A stretch of DNA of 64,000 bases. It comes from Octopus sinensis. Its lineage: Eukaryota. Position 1 is the stretch's first letter. Every line of letters starts with the position of its first letter. The notes below the pieces were generated by a model. That model did not search any database. It was not told the DNA's origin and saw only the letters and a program-made list of their open reading frames with translations. Location: assembly GCF_006345805.1 (NCBI RefSeq), contig NC_043019.1:4091360-4155359 (forward strand), given 5' to 3'. Shown here piece after piece: positions 24,270 through 36,875 of the stretch. The translations under genes and the position numbers were made by a program.

Positions 24270-24930
24270 ATTGATGCCCTGCCTGTGGCCACATTGAGGG
24301 GGTCTACTCAGTCTAGATGAATTCCACATATCCATCGCACTCAGAGTGGGAGCTGGCGTCTGTACAGGATTGTGATGCTGCTGTGGTAGGTGCCCCAAAT
24401 CCCACAGGTCTTCACAGTCTGTCTTACCACTAAAATGCTGGTCGCTCCACTCGTCACACTGAGCTAAAACTAATCATTAAGAAGGCCCTGGTTCAGATTA
24501 ATATCTCCTCAATCCTGGAGCTGTTGGGGTTATCCAGAAGTAGTGGAAAGGACCAGATGGTCTTACCCTCTCCTCCTAGGATAGAGGTAGTTACCTCATT
24601 TGGAATGTCACAGTCTGCGACTTTTTTTCTTCCGCCCACAACCTGGATACTGCAGTTAATCAGAGGGTCATTGCTTCCATAACCAAATGGAAGAAAACCC
24701 TGAAGTATCGGGACCTGACAGAGAACCATTTCTTCCAACCTGTGGCATTTGAGATGTTCGGAGGGACTGGGTCACTAACCACAAAGTTCATGTCAACGTT
24801 GGTAGCTCACCTCACTGAGGTGTCACCCATGAGGATGCTTCGTTTTCCCAGCACCTTAGCCTCACCATCGCCCATGGTAATGCTGCGAGCATGCTGTCTT
24901 GCTTCGGTGGCTTCGGTTAAACCTTGTGTT
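24270..24930 (+). mobile_element. Degenerate CRE-like (restriction-like endonuclease) LINE 3' region
   Basis: LDEFHISIALRVG...RHTEL...PDGLTL...LIWNVTV...KYRDL...PVAFEMFGG...HGNAASML across frames. Confidence 0.7.
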
Positions 24931-25325
24931 GTGCAGCCAGTTTCTGTGATAAAAAACTTCCCAACAAATGGTTTCAATACAGCTTTAACAGAAAGATTTG
25001 GAAGAATTAGCAGAAAGTTCTCCTGTAATCTTTTTTCAACTAAAAGAATGTTTGTGTTAATTTTAAAATTTGGGAGCAAAATCCTATAAAATAGCATTGT
25101 TTTAAAATATGTAAATGAACATGAAAATATAAAAGATGTAAATAAAATATGAAAATAAAACATTTATACAGGCATGGTACTATGGTTTAGAGCTCACTTT
25201 GCAAACAAGTAGTTTGAGGTTCAATCCCACTGTGTGGCACCTTGTGCAAGTGTCCTCTACTCGAATCCCAGGTCGATGAATGATTTGTAAGTGAATTTCG
25301 TTGACAGAAGCAGGTTGGATATTAG

Positions 25326-25393
<68 letters not shown>

Positions 25394-25899
25394 GTGGTGT
25401 GTGTGTGTGTGTGTGTGTGACCACCAACACCACATGGAAATCGGTGTTGGTTTGTTAATAAAAAAACTGGGGTTGATTTGTTTGACTAAATTGTTAAAAG
25501 CGGTGCTACAGCATGGCCACAATGCAACAACTGAAGCAAGCATGAGATAAAAATGATAAAAGATATAAATTTAACGGGGAGGTTTGCCAGCTATAAAAAC
25601 TCGATCGGAAATATATCCCCATGTGGAGTATTCCTCTCTCCACTGAACTCAGAACTGAAACCAGTTCCTCGCTCCCATCCCCATATAATGAACGTAAAGT
25701 ACCACCCCCTTTCACACCACTCCAATGCCCGTCCAAATTTCGGCACTTAGTTTTAGTTAAGTTCATTATCTTCACCATCCACTTTGGTGGTTTATTATGA
25801 GACCACTGGATTTGAGACAGTATTGGGGAGTGCACTGCTTTCTCAGAACAAATGCTGCAATATGTCAAGATCAGGAACAGAGCCTAGTAATCCATCATC

Positions 25900-26420
25900 C
25901 ATTTATGACTTATATTGAATGTTTGATCTTAATTCTACTCCAATAGAAATTCTACACCAATAAAAATGTCAATAATAATAATCCTAATAACTCCCCTGAA
26001 CTTAGAATACATCTCCCAAATTCTAATAACCATAATAATTGTGTATATATAAATCTCAATAATGGAACCTAAACAATTAATACTAATACTACTAGTATAA
26101 ATTACTCATCTAATACACCCACTCATAATAACATTTATGAAAATTGGGATTGTAGAGTTAGAAATAATTGTAAGATTAAGAATTCATGTAAAAGAAAAAG
26201 TATAAGTATACCAATGCAATGTTATAGCTCAAGGGAAAAAACATTTTTATATTGGCTCAATGGAAAATATGATTAAGACTAGAGTTGCAAATCATTTACA
26301 AACTTTTAAGAATAGACAGAAAGCTAATTCCACTGGATTAATTAAATTTATATGGGAATTAAAAGATAATAAAAAATGTTTTCTTTGTATAACTGAAGCT
26401 GTTTTTATTATTCATCTAGG
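25900..26420 (+). mobile_element. Penelope-like element GIY-YIG endonuclease fragment
   Basis: YQCNVIAQGKKHFYIGSMENMIKTRVANHLQTF...NSTGLIKFIWELKD. Confidence 0.8.
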
Positions 26421-27359
26421 AATACCCTACTTAATCTTAGAAACGAGAAAAGTATTTCCTGCATTCATGCAGGAAAATATGTATTTTCCAAATTTAAATA
26501 ATTGATTTATTATCTCTCTCACTGGAATACCTGTATATTCACTTTGATTCCCTGCAAAACGGACAGTGAAGACATATAGGGTCGGGGAGGGGGCTACCGC
26601 AGTGGTGTCTCAGTCCTGTACAGACGTCAGTTCCCACTCTGAGTGCAATGGAGATGCGGATTTCATCTAAACTGAGTAATCTTCCAATGTTGGCCACAGA
26701 CATAGCATCAATCCAGTCCCCCGAGAATTTTGCACGAACAGAAATTTAGCGACACCTTGAAAATTAATCAGATTGATCAAGGAAAGAGTTGAGAGTGGCA
26801 CCTGAATGCAGATTGTCCCATACTGTCTGTTTCCGTCTATCCTCCACTGTAACCGGAAACCCAAGATCTCTCCACTGACAAACCCAGCTCTGGAGGAGAG
26901 AGGATGTTGCCTACCAAAGAGGAGCAGGCGTGGATGGAACATGTTGTTTTGTGTGTGTGTACAACATGGTCGCGGTCCAGTGACTGAAACAAATAAAAGA
27001 TATTTAAAATAATAATCACCTGCTCCTGACGTTGATGTCCTTTAAACTCCCTTCAATCCTGAACAAGCAGACCTACAGGTTCAAAAAGACGTCTTAGCTG
27101 TGACCATCACCTCTTATTTTAAAACACTGTGTATCTAGGGCTATATAATCCAATGTGCCTAGATTATTTATCTTCTTCATTTTTTAACAACAGCGGTTGA
27201 TATAAATGTGGATTAACTGAATTTTCTCCTTCATTTCCTCACGAAAACTACACACTGAATGAATATCAATGTGGGTTATTTCCCCCTCCCTGTCACAGTC
27301 TAATTACTCTATCGACTCAACAAAGGCAATGTTTTGTATAATTTGTTAGCCACTAGCTG

Positions 27360-28578
27360 TTGATTCGTTGTCCTTTCTTCTCCAAATCTCTCTCCATTCG
27401 CTCTCTTTATTTTCATGTCACTCTTTTTCATTCTCTCTTTCTTTATCTCTTTGTGTTTTTCTCTCTCTCTTTCTTGCTTTCTCTCTCTCTCTCTCTTTCT
27501 CTCTTTCTTTCTTCCTTGCCTTCTCTCTCTTTCTTTCTTTCTTTCTTTCATTCTTTCTTTCTTTCTTTCTCCCTGTCTGTCTGTCTGTCTCTCTTTTTCT
27601 GTCAGTCTGCCTCTCTGTCTGTCTGTCTTACCTTCTTTCTCACTTTCTTTCTCACTCTCTTTCTTTCTTTCTTTCTTTCTTTTTTCTCATTTACTTTATT
27701 TCTTTATCTTTATTTATCTATCTTCTCTCTCTATTCTTTATTATATTTATTCTTTCTTTATCTTTTCTGTTCGATTCTGTATGTATGCTTTCTTTCTTCT
27801 TTCTTTCTTCTTATTTCTTTATTTCTTTCATTCTTTCTTTCTTTCTTTCTTGTCTTTCTCTATTCTCACTTTCTTTATCTATTTCTGTCTCTGTTTCTCT
27901 CTCTTCTTTCTCCTCTCTCTTCTTCTTCTTTTTTCTCTCTTTCTTATTTCTTCTTTCTTTCTTTCTTTCTTCTTCTTTCACTCTATTTTTTCTCTCTCTT
28001 TCTCTCATTCTCTCCCTTTCTTTCTTTCTATTTCTCACTTTCTCTCTCGCTTTCTTTCTTTCTCTCTCTCTTTCTTTCTCTTTTTCTCTTTCTCTCAATC
28101 TTTGTTTCTCTCTTTCTTTCTCTCTTTCCACCTCTCTCTCTTTCTCTCGGTCTGTCTCTCTTTCTTTCTCTCTTTCTTTCTTTTTCTCTCTTTCTTTCTC
28201 TCTTTCTTTCTTTCTCTCTCTTTTTCTCTCTGTCTGTCTCCCTTTCTTTCTTTTTTCTTTCTTTCTTTCTTTCTTTCTATCTTTCTCTCTTTCTCTCTCT
28301 CTCTTTCTCTCTTTCTTTCTTTCTCTATTTCTTTCTTTCTTTCTTTCGTTCTTTCTTTCTCTATTTCTCTCTCTCTTACTCTCTTTCTCTCTCTCACTCT
28401 TTCTCTCTCTGTCTCTCTTTCTCTCTCTGTCTCTCTTTCTCTCTTTTCCTTTCTCTCTTTACCTTTCTCTCTCTCTCTCTCTCTCTCGCTCTCTTTCTTT
28501 CTTTCTTTCTTTCTTTCGCCCATCTCATATTTTTCCAGTTACCGTCAAGAGTACTCTGTCTGTCTGTCTATCTATCTG

Positions 28579-28636
<58 letters not shown>

Positions 28637-28640
28637 ACTT
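27360..28640. repeat. Long (CT)n/(CTTT)n polypyrimidine microsatellite ending in (CTAT)n
   Basis: Direct reading; the copy A equivalent (~63150-63330) is much shorter. Confidence 0.95.
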
Positions 28641-28689
28641 TTTTTTCGTATATCTTTCCTGTATCTGTCTAGTATTTAGTGCTATCAGA

Positions 28690-28935
28690 GAGACTATGTG
28701 ACATTTCAAATGCTGTATGCACGGATCTCAAACGCCTACCTCCTTTATCTCTTCCCAGGTAGAGAAACCTGTCGATATCACAATTTCTGTGGAGATTTCT
28801 GGTTGACATCCAGAACCTTGCGGATGTTAATGTCTATGCAGTGGATTTCTTCTACAGACCAGTCAAGCGTCCCAAATGTCCGAATTGTTCTTGGAATTTA
28901 TGTATTTGTTGCAGGTACTCGAAGTTTTTTAAGAG
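28690..28935 (-). mobile_element. Dong/R4-like RT-thumb fragment
   Basis: NLHRNCDIDRFLYLGRDKGGRRLRSV resembles the H..sD.DRLY..R..GGRGL motif; duplicated at ~63400-63640. Confidence 0.6.
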
Positions 28936-29479
28936 AGAGTTTTTCAAGAGTACATATACTGTTTACCAGAGAACATACTGCATAACCATTCCAGTTTACC
29001 AGTTCCACTCGAACCGTCTAACACATACCAGCAGAGAAATCGGGTGCTAGATGATGATGATGATGATGATGATGTGTGTGTGTGCATGTGCGTGTGTGTG
29101 TGAGTGTCCATGCGTGTGTGCATGCATATGTGTTGTCTTTGTTGCGTAGCCTGCTGCTACGTTGACTGAGATCTCTAATGGAAGACATTCCGACCACGAC
29201 CTGTTCAACTTCTTACATTCATCTACAACAAAATTCCATAAAGTGTCCTTCCTTTTTCAAGACAATAAAATGCATTCAGCTGGAGCTTCACTATTTCTAG
29301 CAGGTCAGCCAACCACTTAGAGACACAGCCTTGTCTGTCTGTGTGTTTATTTGTATAATTGTATATGTAGACGTGTGTGTGTGTGTGCGTGTATGTGTGT
29401 GTGCATCGGAGAAGATTGTATGTGTTTACTTGTTTCAGAGTATACTAGTGTAAGCTATATGTGTGAGCATGTCTGTGTA

Positions 29480-30295
29480 TATTGATACAGATTGATTGTA
29501 TGTATGTATGTATGTATGTGTATTTATGTATGTATATGTATGTATGTATGTATGTATGTATATGTTGCATGTATGTATGTATGATTGTATGTATGTATGT
29601 ATGTATGTATGTATGTGTGTATGTAGTATGTATGATGTATGTATGTATGTATGTATGTATGTATGTATGGTTGTATGGTTGTATGTATGATATATGTATG
29701 TGTATGTATGTATGTGTGTTTGTATGTATGTATGCATGTATGCATGTATGTATGTATGTATGCATGCATGCATGTATGTATGTATGTATGTATGTGTGTT
29801 TGTATGTATGTATGTATGTATGCATGTATGTATGTATGTATGCATGCATGTATGTATGTATGTATGTGTGTTTGTATGTATGTATGTATGTATGTATGTA
29901 TGCATGTATGTTGTATGTATGCATGTATGTATGTAAATATGTATGTATGCATGCATGTATGTATGTATGTATTTATGTATGTATGTAGTATGTATGTATG
30001 TATGCATGTATGATGTATGTATGTATGTGTGTATGTAGTATGTATGTATGTATGTATGTATGTATGCATGATGCATGTATGTATGTATGTATGTATGTAA
30101 GTATGTATGTATGCATGCATGTATGTATGTATGTATATATGTATGTATGTATGCATGTATGTATGTATGTCAGTATGTATGTATGTATACATGCATGTAT
30201 GTATGTATGTAGTATGTATGTATGTATGTATGCATGCATGCATGCATGTATGTATGTATGTATGTAGTGTGCATGTATGTATGTATGTATGTATG

Positions 30296-30327
<32 letters not shown>

Positions 30328-30340
30328 TGTATGTATGCAA
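29480..30340. repeat. (GTAT)n microsatellite
   Basis: Direct reading. Confidence 0.97.
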
Positions 30341-30978
30341 AGGTACATGAAGCCCAGTTACAACTACAGCCGGCTATTACCAGTAAAGGTCTTAGTTGCC
30401 AATTTTGTACAAGACATTGTAGATCTTTAGCTGGGCTAAAAAGTCACATTCGATTACAACACCAGTAACAGTTAAGCTTCGTGCAATGTCCATACTCGAT
30501 GGCCATTGCACGAAGGGGCAGCCATAAATAAATAAATGTATGTATGCGTTTATGTATGTGCATTTGTCTGAGCATGTGTCTGGCATGTGTAGTTGTGGAA
30601 GATGGAGGCCGTTCTCAAAACGCTGAACGTTATGAAGGAGGTAACAGAGGACCAAGACATGTGGTGCATTCCTGTACTTGAGAAGACTCACCTACCACAA
30701 CAGAATTGAGATCCTAAAACGAAGGTGCCATGTAAAAAGCGTTGGTGTGGGTGCTGGTGTCACGTAAAAAGCGCCAAGTACACTCTGTAATGTGGTCGGC
30801 ATTAGGAAGAGCATCCAGCCATAGAAACCAATAGAAAACAGACAGTGGCACCTGGTGTGGCCCCCGGCCTTTACCAGTTCCTATCAAGCCATCCGGCTCC
30901 TGTCAAAATGGAAAACGGACCGTAAATGTTGTGGCTGCTGCTGTTGTTGTGTATGGGTGAATTGGAGTAAGGTGTAGA

Positions 30979-31019
<41 letters not shown>

Positions 31020-31022
<3 letters not shown>

Positions 31023-31412
31023 GTGTCTGTGATATTGGTGTGGGGGCACAGTGCTTAGGGCAGCGGACTCGCGGTCGTAGGATCGCGGTTTCGATTCTCA
31101 GACCGGGCGTTGTGAGTGTTTATTGAGCGAAAACACCTATGGTTCCTCTAGGCTCCAGCAAGGAATGGTGGCGAACCCTGCTTCACTCTTTCACCACAAC
31201 TTTCTCTCACTCTTTCTTCCTGTTTCTGTTGTACTTGTACTTCAAAGGGCCAGCTTTGTCACACTCTGTGTCACGCTGAATCTCCCCTGAGAACTACGTT
31301 AATGATACACGTGTCTGTGAATTACTCAGCCACTTGCACGTTAATTTCACGAGCAGGCTGTTCCGTTGATCGGATCAACTGGAACCCTCGCCGTTGTAAC
31401 CGACGGAGTGCC
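31020..31412 (+). mobile_element. SINE family B
   Basis: GGACTCGCGGTCGTAGGATCGCGGTTTCGATTC head; tail TAACCGACGGAGTGCCAC. Confidence 0.85.
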
Positions 31413-32681
31413 ACGTAAAGACATTGGTGCAAATATCTTGTGCTTCATCTCTAGGAGGAGATAACTCCTGAAAAAGGAACGTAACTCGAGGTACACTCAA
31501 CTCCCAAGCATTTGACAAAAATGTGTACCAAATTAACAACTGAGGTTGATATCGAAACAAGTGCTACAGCATGACCACAGTGGAGTGACAAAATCCAGTC
31601 ATGTGACATAGACTAATCACGGGGCTCCTATGAATTTTTCGAGGGTAGCAAGGATGAACTGAATTATATTTCCCTCAGTACATAACTGGTACTTGCTCTA
31701 TTCAGCCTGAAGTGATGAACAACTAAGTAAACTCTAGCAGGATTTTGATACCCAACATAAAAAGGGCCATTCAAAGTACAATGGCCATCAAACTGCGACA
31801 GCAGCAGCTGCTGCCCTTGCCGCTCGCCCCAACAATGCTCCTTGCCACTAAGTCACGTGCCTTCAAAAAACACTATATACATATGGACTTACATGTGCAT
31901 ACATGCCCAAACATGGGGTTATAGGTTCAGGCATCTGCACCCCTATTCCAGCCCCACCAAAGAACTCCAACACATGTATCAGCCCTACACACGTACCAAA
32001 CCCTTAACACCCTACACATATTTCTACCCAACAGATTCGCATTCTTATAGCCAAACATAAGAATTTAGAGACCAGGGGACGTAACTCTTAGTAAATTCCA
32101 CACAATTATTTTCCGTGACTTCATTTCGTTCCCGCTCTCTCCTTTTTACAACAACCACAAACGAAATGTGGCATTTTGTCACCTCCTGCCACAAGGAACA
32201 GTCGAATATTTATTCTATGCCTTCCATCTCTGACTCGGAAACACATGTGTTTTAGATAACCATCCAGCTATCCAATATCTGGTTATCTGACAATAATTTT
32301 ACTTTAAACAGAATACTTTTTCTCGAGTATTTATTTACTATTTTTCGTTTTGGGATTTGGTTTGCAGGAGTCTTTATATGAGTTCGTGTGTTGAAGCATA
32401 TTCTATTGTGTCTGGGGAGAGTCATTTTCTTTTTGTGCCTTATTAAGTAACACACTCACCGGTAAAATTTCCACGGTTTTCTTATTTTTATTGTCCTAAA
32501 ATTGTCGTTGCGTCTTGCAACCTTTTTAATAGTTTTATTTATTATTCTTTAACAAGAACAGCTTCGAAGTCTCGGATTGCTTATCCTTCATCAGACTGTG
32601 ATATGTTTGAGTTCATCTATTAAACTGCCCACAGCTATAATGTAGTAATCATACCAAAAATGTAAAATCATAAACCATTCT

Positions 32682-32999
32682 TTATTCTACAATCTTTAAT
32701 CGTTGTTGAATATCGATTTCATATAAATTAGATCGCCGTCCGCAAAGTTTATGAATATAATTCTCTTGAGAGCAATTAAAATAAAGCATGAAACTTTTGC
32801 AATGATGACAAAGAACAGGGATTGAGTCCATGAGTCCAGCCCGTTCTTCCTTTTGGTTGAGTTTATCTACCAGGAGTATTTTCAAGGACTGGTACTTGCC
32901 AATAGCATTGGAATATCGTAGCTTCTGTTTCTCATTTACACTTCGTTTATGTAGTTGTCTTATTTCGTTCAAAAGATTCTCCAAATGAAACAGCTGGTT
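32682..32999 (-). CDS. STAND-TPR gene A, distal alternative terminal exon (10b)
   Basis: TTTCTAG|AAC acceptor, phase 0, 105 codons plus TAA; NQLFHLENLL...LCHHCKSFMLYFNCSQENYIHKLC...LKIVE*. Confidence 0.82.
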   Translation of the reverse strand, partial: NQLFHLENLLNEIRQLHKRSVNEKQKLRYSNAIGKYQSLKILLVDKLNQKEERAGLMDSIPVLCHHCKSFMLYFNCSQENYIHKLCGRRSNLYEIDIQQRLKIVE

Positions 33000-33025
33000 C
33001 TAGAAATAAAAAGAAAGTGAAATTA

Positions 33026-33072
<47 letters not shown>

Positions 33073-33236
33073 CTTCATCATCATCATTTAACGTCCGTTT
33101 CCCATGCTGGCATGGGTTGGACGGTTTGACTGAGGACTGGCAACCCTGTAGGATGCACCTGGCTCCAATCTGATCTGGTAAAGTTTCTACAGCAGGATGA
33201 CATTCCTAATGCTAACCACTCTGAGAGTGTAATTCT

Positions 33237-33557
33237 TTATTCTACAATCTTTAATCGTTGTTGAATGTCGATTTCATATAAATTAGATCGCAGTCCGCAA
33301 AGTTTATGAATATAATTCTCTTGAGAACAATTCAAATACTGCCTGAAGGTCTTGCAATGATTACAAAGAACAGGGATTGAGTCTATGAGGAGTCCAGCCC
33401 GTTCTTCATTTTGGTTGAGTTTATCTACCAGGAGTATTTTCAAGGAGTGGTACTTAGCAATAGCATCGGCATATCGTTGCTTCTGTTTCTCATTTACTTT
33501 TTGTTTCAATAGTTGTCTTAGATGGTTCAAAATATTCTTCATATGAATCAGCTGGTT
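33237..33557 (-). CDS. STAND-TPR gene A, proximal terminal exon (10a)
   Basis: TTTCTAG|AAC acceptor, phase 0, 106 codons plus TAA; NQLIHMKNIL...LCNHCKTFRQYLNCSQENYIHKLC...LKIVE*. Confidence 0.85.
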   Translation of the reverse strand, partial: NQLIHMKNILNHLRQLLKQKVNEKQKQRYADAIAKYHSLKILLVDKLNQNEERAGLLIDSIPVLCNHCKTFRQYLNCSQENYIHKLCGLRSNLYEIDIQQRLKIVE

Positions 33558-33904
33558 CTAGAAATAAAAATGAAGTGAAATTAAGCCACATATGTATATA
33601 TATATATGAGGATAATATCGATCCCATCAAGTGGCCAACATGGGAATAAATGCCATAGAAAGGTAAAAATTATTTAAAACTATAAATTAGGGTATCTGAG
33701 AGATGGCACCATGCTGAAATAGCAGTCCAAACCGTGGCTCAAAAGCCACAGCGCTAGGAGAGAAGACAGAGAGACAAAATTATCTAGAAAAAAAAGATTT
33801 TTCTGGATAATTGAAGATCCTGGATTTCTGACTTTGCATGAGAAGCTCTGCCTTCTTCAGTTGAATATACCAGATCGGCAAATAAATACATACATATATA
33901 CTCT

Positions 33905-34314
33905 TTACTCTTTCACTCTTTTACTTGTTTCAGTCATTTGACTGCGGCCATGCTGGAGCACCGCCTTTAGTCGAGCAAATCTACCCCGGGACTTATTCTT
34001 TGTAAGCCCAGTACTTATTCTATCGGTCTCTTTTGCCGAACCGCTAAGTGACGGGGACGTAAACACACCAGCATCGGTTGTCAAACAATGCTAGGGGGAC
34101 AAACACAGACACACAAACATATACATACACACTTATATATATATACATATATACGACAGGCTTCTTTCAGTTTCCGTCTACCAAATCCACTCACAAGGCA
34201 TTGGTCGGCCCGGGACTATAGCAAAAGACACTTGCCTAAGATGCCACGCAGTGGGACTGAATCTGGAACTATGTGGTTGGTTAGCAAGCTACTTACCACA
34301 CAGCCACTCCTGCG

Positions 34315-34318
<4 letters not shown>
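33905..34318 (-). mobile_element. SINE family C, full length
   Basis: Reverse complement of the 14038 type. Confidence 0.88.
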
Positions 34319-34390
<72 letters not shown>

Positions 34391-34603
34391 ATATATATAT
34401 TTATAAATTTATAAGATTAGCTCGTATACGAGTGGGTATATATTTGTTAAAAATATATGCATTCTGGCCACCTAAAAGGTTATATAAAACCCAAACAATT
34501 CACAAGGTCCGCCAGAACTGTCCGAGCGGACACCGACCAAAAGTCATCACAGTTGCTCAAGGTAAAATATAAAATGAATTCCTCGCTTTTTCAAGAACGT
34601 CAA

Positions 34604-35034
34604 TTTTTTATATTGAATGCATATCACCACTATGAACTATTTTTTATATTGAATGCATATCACCACTATGAACTATTTTTTATATTGAATGCATATCACC
34701 ACTATGAACTATTTTTTATATTGAATGCATATCACCACTATGAACTATTTTTTATATTGAATGCATATCACCACTATGAACTATTTTTTATATTGAATGC
34801 ATATCACCACTATGAACTATTTTTTATATTGAATGCATATCACCACTATGAACTATTTTTATATTGAATGCATATCACCACTATGAACTATTTTTTATAT
34901 TGAATGCATATCACCACTATGAACTATTTTTTATATTGAATGCATATCACCACTATGAACTATTTTTTATATTGAATGCATATCACCACTATGAACTATT
35001 TTTTATATTGAATGCATATCACCACTATGAACTA
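34604..35034. repeat. 36-bp tandem array, 12 copies
   Basis: TTTTTTATATTGAATGCATATCACCACTATGAACTA x12, identical except one unit with 5 T. Confidence 0.97.
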
Positions 35035-35307
35035 CTACATCATACTCTTTAAACATATAGCATGAACTCACTTCACTATATATGAACTTTTGATGTCTGA
35101 CTCTATTGTATATTATATATGAATTTTTTTATATTTGATAGCATGAACTATCTTTTTTATATATAATTTTTTTTGATAAGGTTCATCATTTCAAGAACCC
35201 AAACATGTTAAATAAATAATGTATATATAAAAATTAAAAATTTGTCTAATATAGCAGCACTTTCGAACTTCATTTTTTACAAATATATAATATATATATA
35301 TATATAT

Positions 35308-35345
<38 letters not shown>

Positions 35346-35402
35346 TATATATATATATATATATATATACTATATATGTATATATATATATGTATATAAT
35401 AT

Positions 35403-35448
<46 letters not shown>

Positions 35449-35667
35449 CAGAACATACGTTATACTTACATATACGAACGCTCATACATACCTATATGTG
35501 CACGTATGTACAAGACCAGTTTAAGTTGCCTGCCAAACAGCTCCATGCGCGATATGGTCAAAATAAACACCGCAGTAAATACAATGCTGGCCACTTGATA
35601 AGATCGATATTTAAATATCGATATTATCCTTATTTATAGATTTATAAATTTCGGTATATATCTATGC

Positions 35668-35784
<117 letters not shown>

Positions 35785-35864
35785 ATTATATATATTATTA
35801 TTATATATATTATTATTTATATTATTGTTTGTTATCAATACTGAAGAACATTTAAATATATTCG

Positions 35865-36262
35865 TGGCACTCCGTCGGTTACGACGAGGAGGGTTCCAGC
35901 TGATCCAATCAACGGAACAGCTTGCTCGTGAAATTAATGTGTAAGTGGCTGAGTACTCCACAGACACATGTACCCATAACATAGTTCTCGGGAAGATTCA
36001 GCGTGACACAGTGTGTGACAACGTTGCCCCTTTGAAATACAGGTACAACAGAAACAGGAGAAAACATTGAGAGAAAGTTGTGAGGAAAGAGTACACCAGG
36101 GTTCGCCACCACCCACTGCCGGAGCCTAGTAGTGCTTTAGGTGTTTTCGCGCAATAAACAAACACTCACAACATCTAGTCTGGGAATCGAAACCGCGATC
36201 CTATGACCACAACCCTACGACCGCGAGTCCACCACCCTAAGCACTGGGCCATTGCGCCTCTA
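35865..36262 (-). mobile_element. SINE family B
   Basis: GTGGCACTCCGTCGGTTACGACG tail and TGGGAATCGAAACCGCGATCC head in reverse orientation. Confidence 0.85.
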
Positions 36263-36342
36263 CACAAAAATTGTGACGTCGTCATTATTTGTGTAAGTAT
36301 ATGATCAATACTCATTACGTAAGCACAAGCACAACCTACATG

Positions 36343-36389
<47 letters not shown>

Positions 36390-36479
36390 ATATATATTTA
36401 TACGGTAATAAGAAAATGAAGGGGACCAAGAGATGGTGTTCAGCAACTTTTAGTCATTATATTATATCTATTTTATTCT

Positions 36480-36875
36480 TTTTTCTTTTATTCTTTTACT
36501 TGTTTCAGTCATTTGACTGCGGCCATGCTGGAGCACAGCCTTTGGTCGAGCAAATCGACCCCGGGACTTATTCTTTGTAAGCCCAGTACTTATTCTATCG
36601 GTCTCTTTTTGCCGAACCGCTAAGTGACGGGGACGTAAACACACCAGCATCGGTTGTCAAGCAATGCTAGGGGGACAAACACAGACACACAAACACACAC
36701 AAACACATATATACGACATGTTTCTTTCAGTTTCCGTCTACCAAATCCACTCACAAGGCATTGGTCGACCCGGGGCTATAGTAGAAGACACTTGCCCAAG
36801 ATGCCACGCAGTGGGACTGAATTTGGAACCATGTGGTTGGTTAGCAAGCTACTTACCACACAGCCACTCCTGCGC
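36480..36875 (-). mobile_element. SINE family C
   Basis: Same body as 33905. Confidence 0.88.

Larger units (their letters stand above)
26640..29000. repeat. Upstream part of the segmental duplication (partner ~61960-63650), containing CRE-like and R4-like fragments
   Basis: Blocks at 26800-27400 and 28560-28960 match 62180-63130 and 63290-63650. Confidence 0.85.

Noticed and set aside
27360-28701. 430-440 aa F/L/S-rich ORFs resembling membrane proteins
   Set aside because: Stop-free reading of a CT/CTTT tract in all three frames; the duplicated copy lacks most of it
29435-30348. HTYI/MYVC-repeat ORFs
   Set aside because: (GTAT)n microsatellite translations; the same applies to the PTYL ORFs at 21032-21729 and the N/I/Y ORFs at 11235-11787
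30340-30700. Host zinc-finger or extra gene exon (CQFCTRHCRSLAGLKSH)
   Set aside because: Resembles the C-terminal zinc knuckle and tail of RTE-type LINEs; isolated fragment with no supporting exons
34604-35034. 36-bp repeats as a CRISPR array
   Set aside because: Units are contiguous with no spacers, there are no cas genes, and the context is a eukaryotic intron
34457-35052. ORFs with FFILNAYHHYEL repeats
   Set aside because: Translation of the 36-bp array on the strand opposite the host gene, with no splice or domain support
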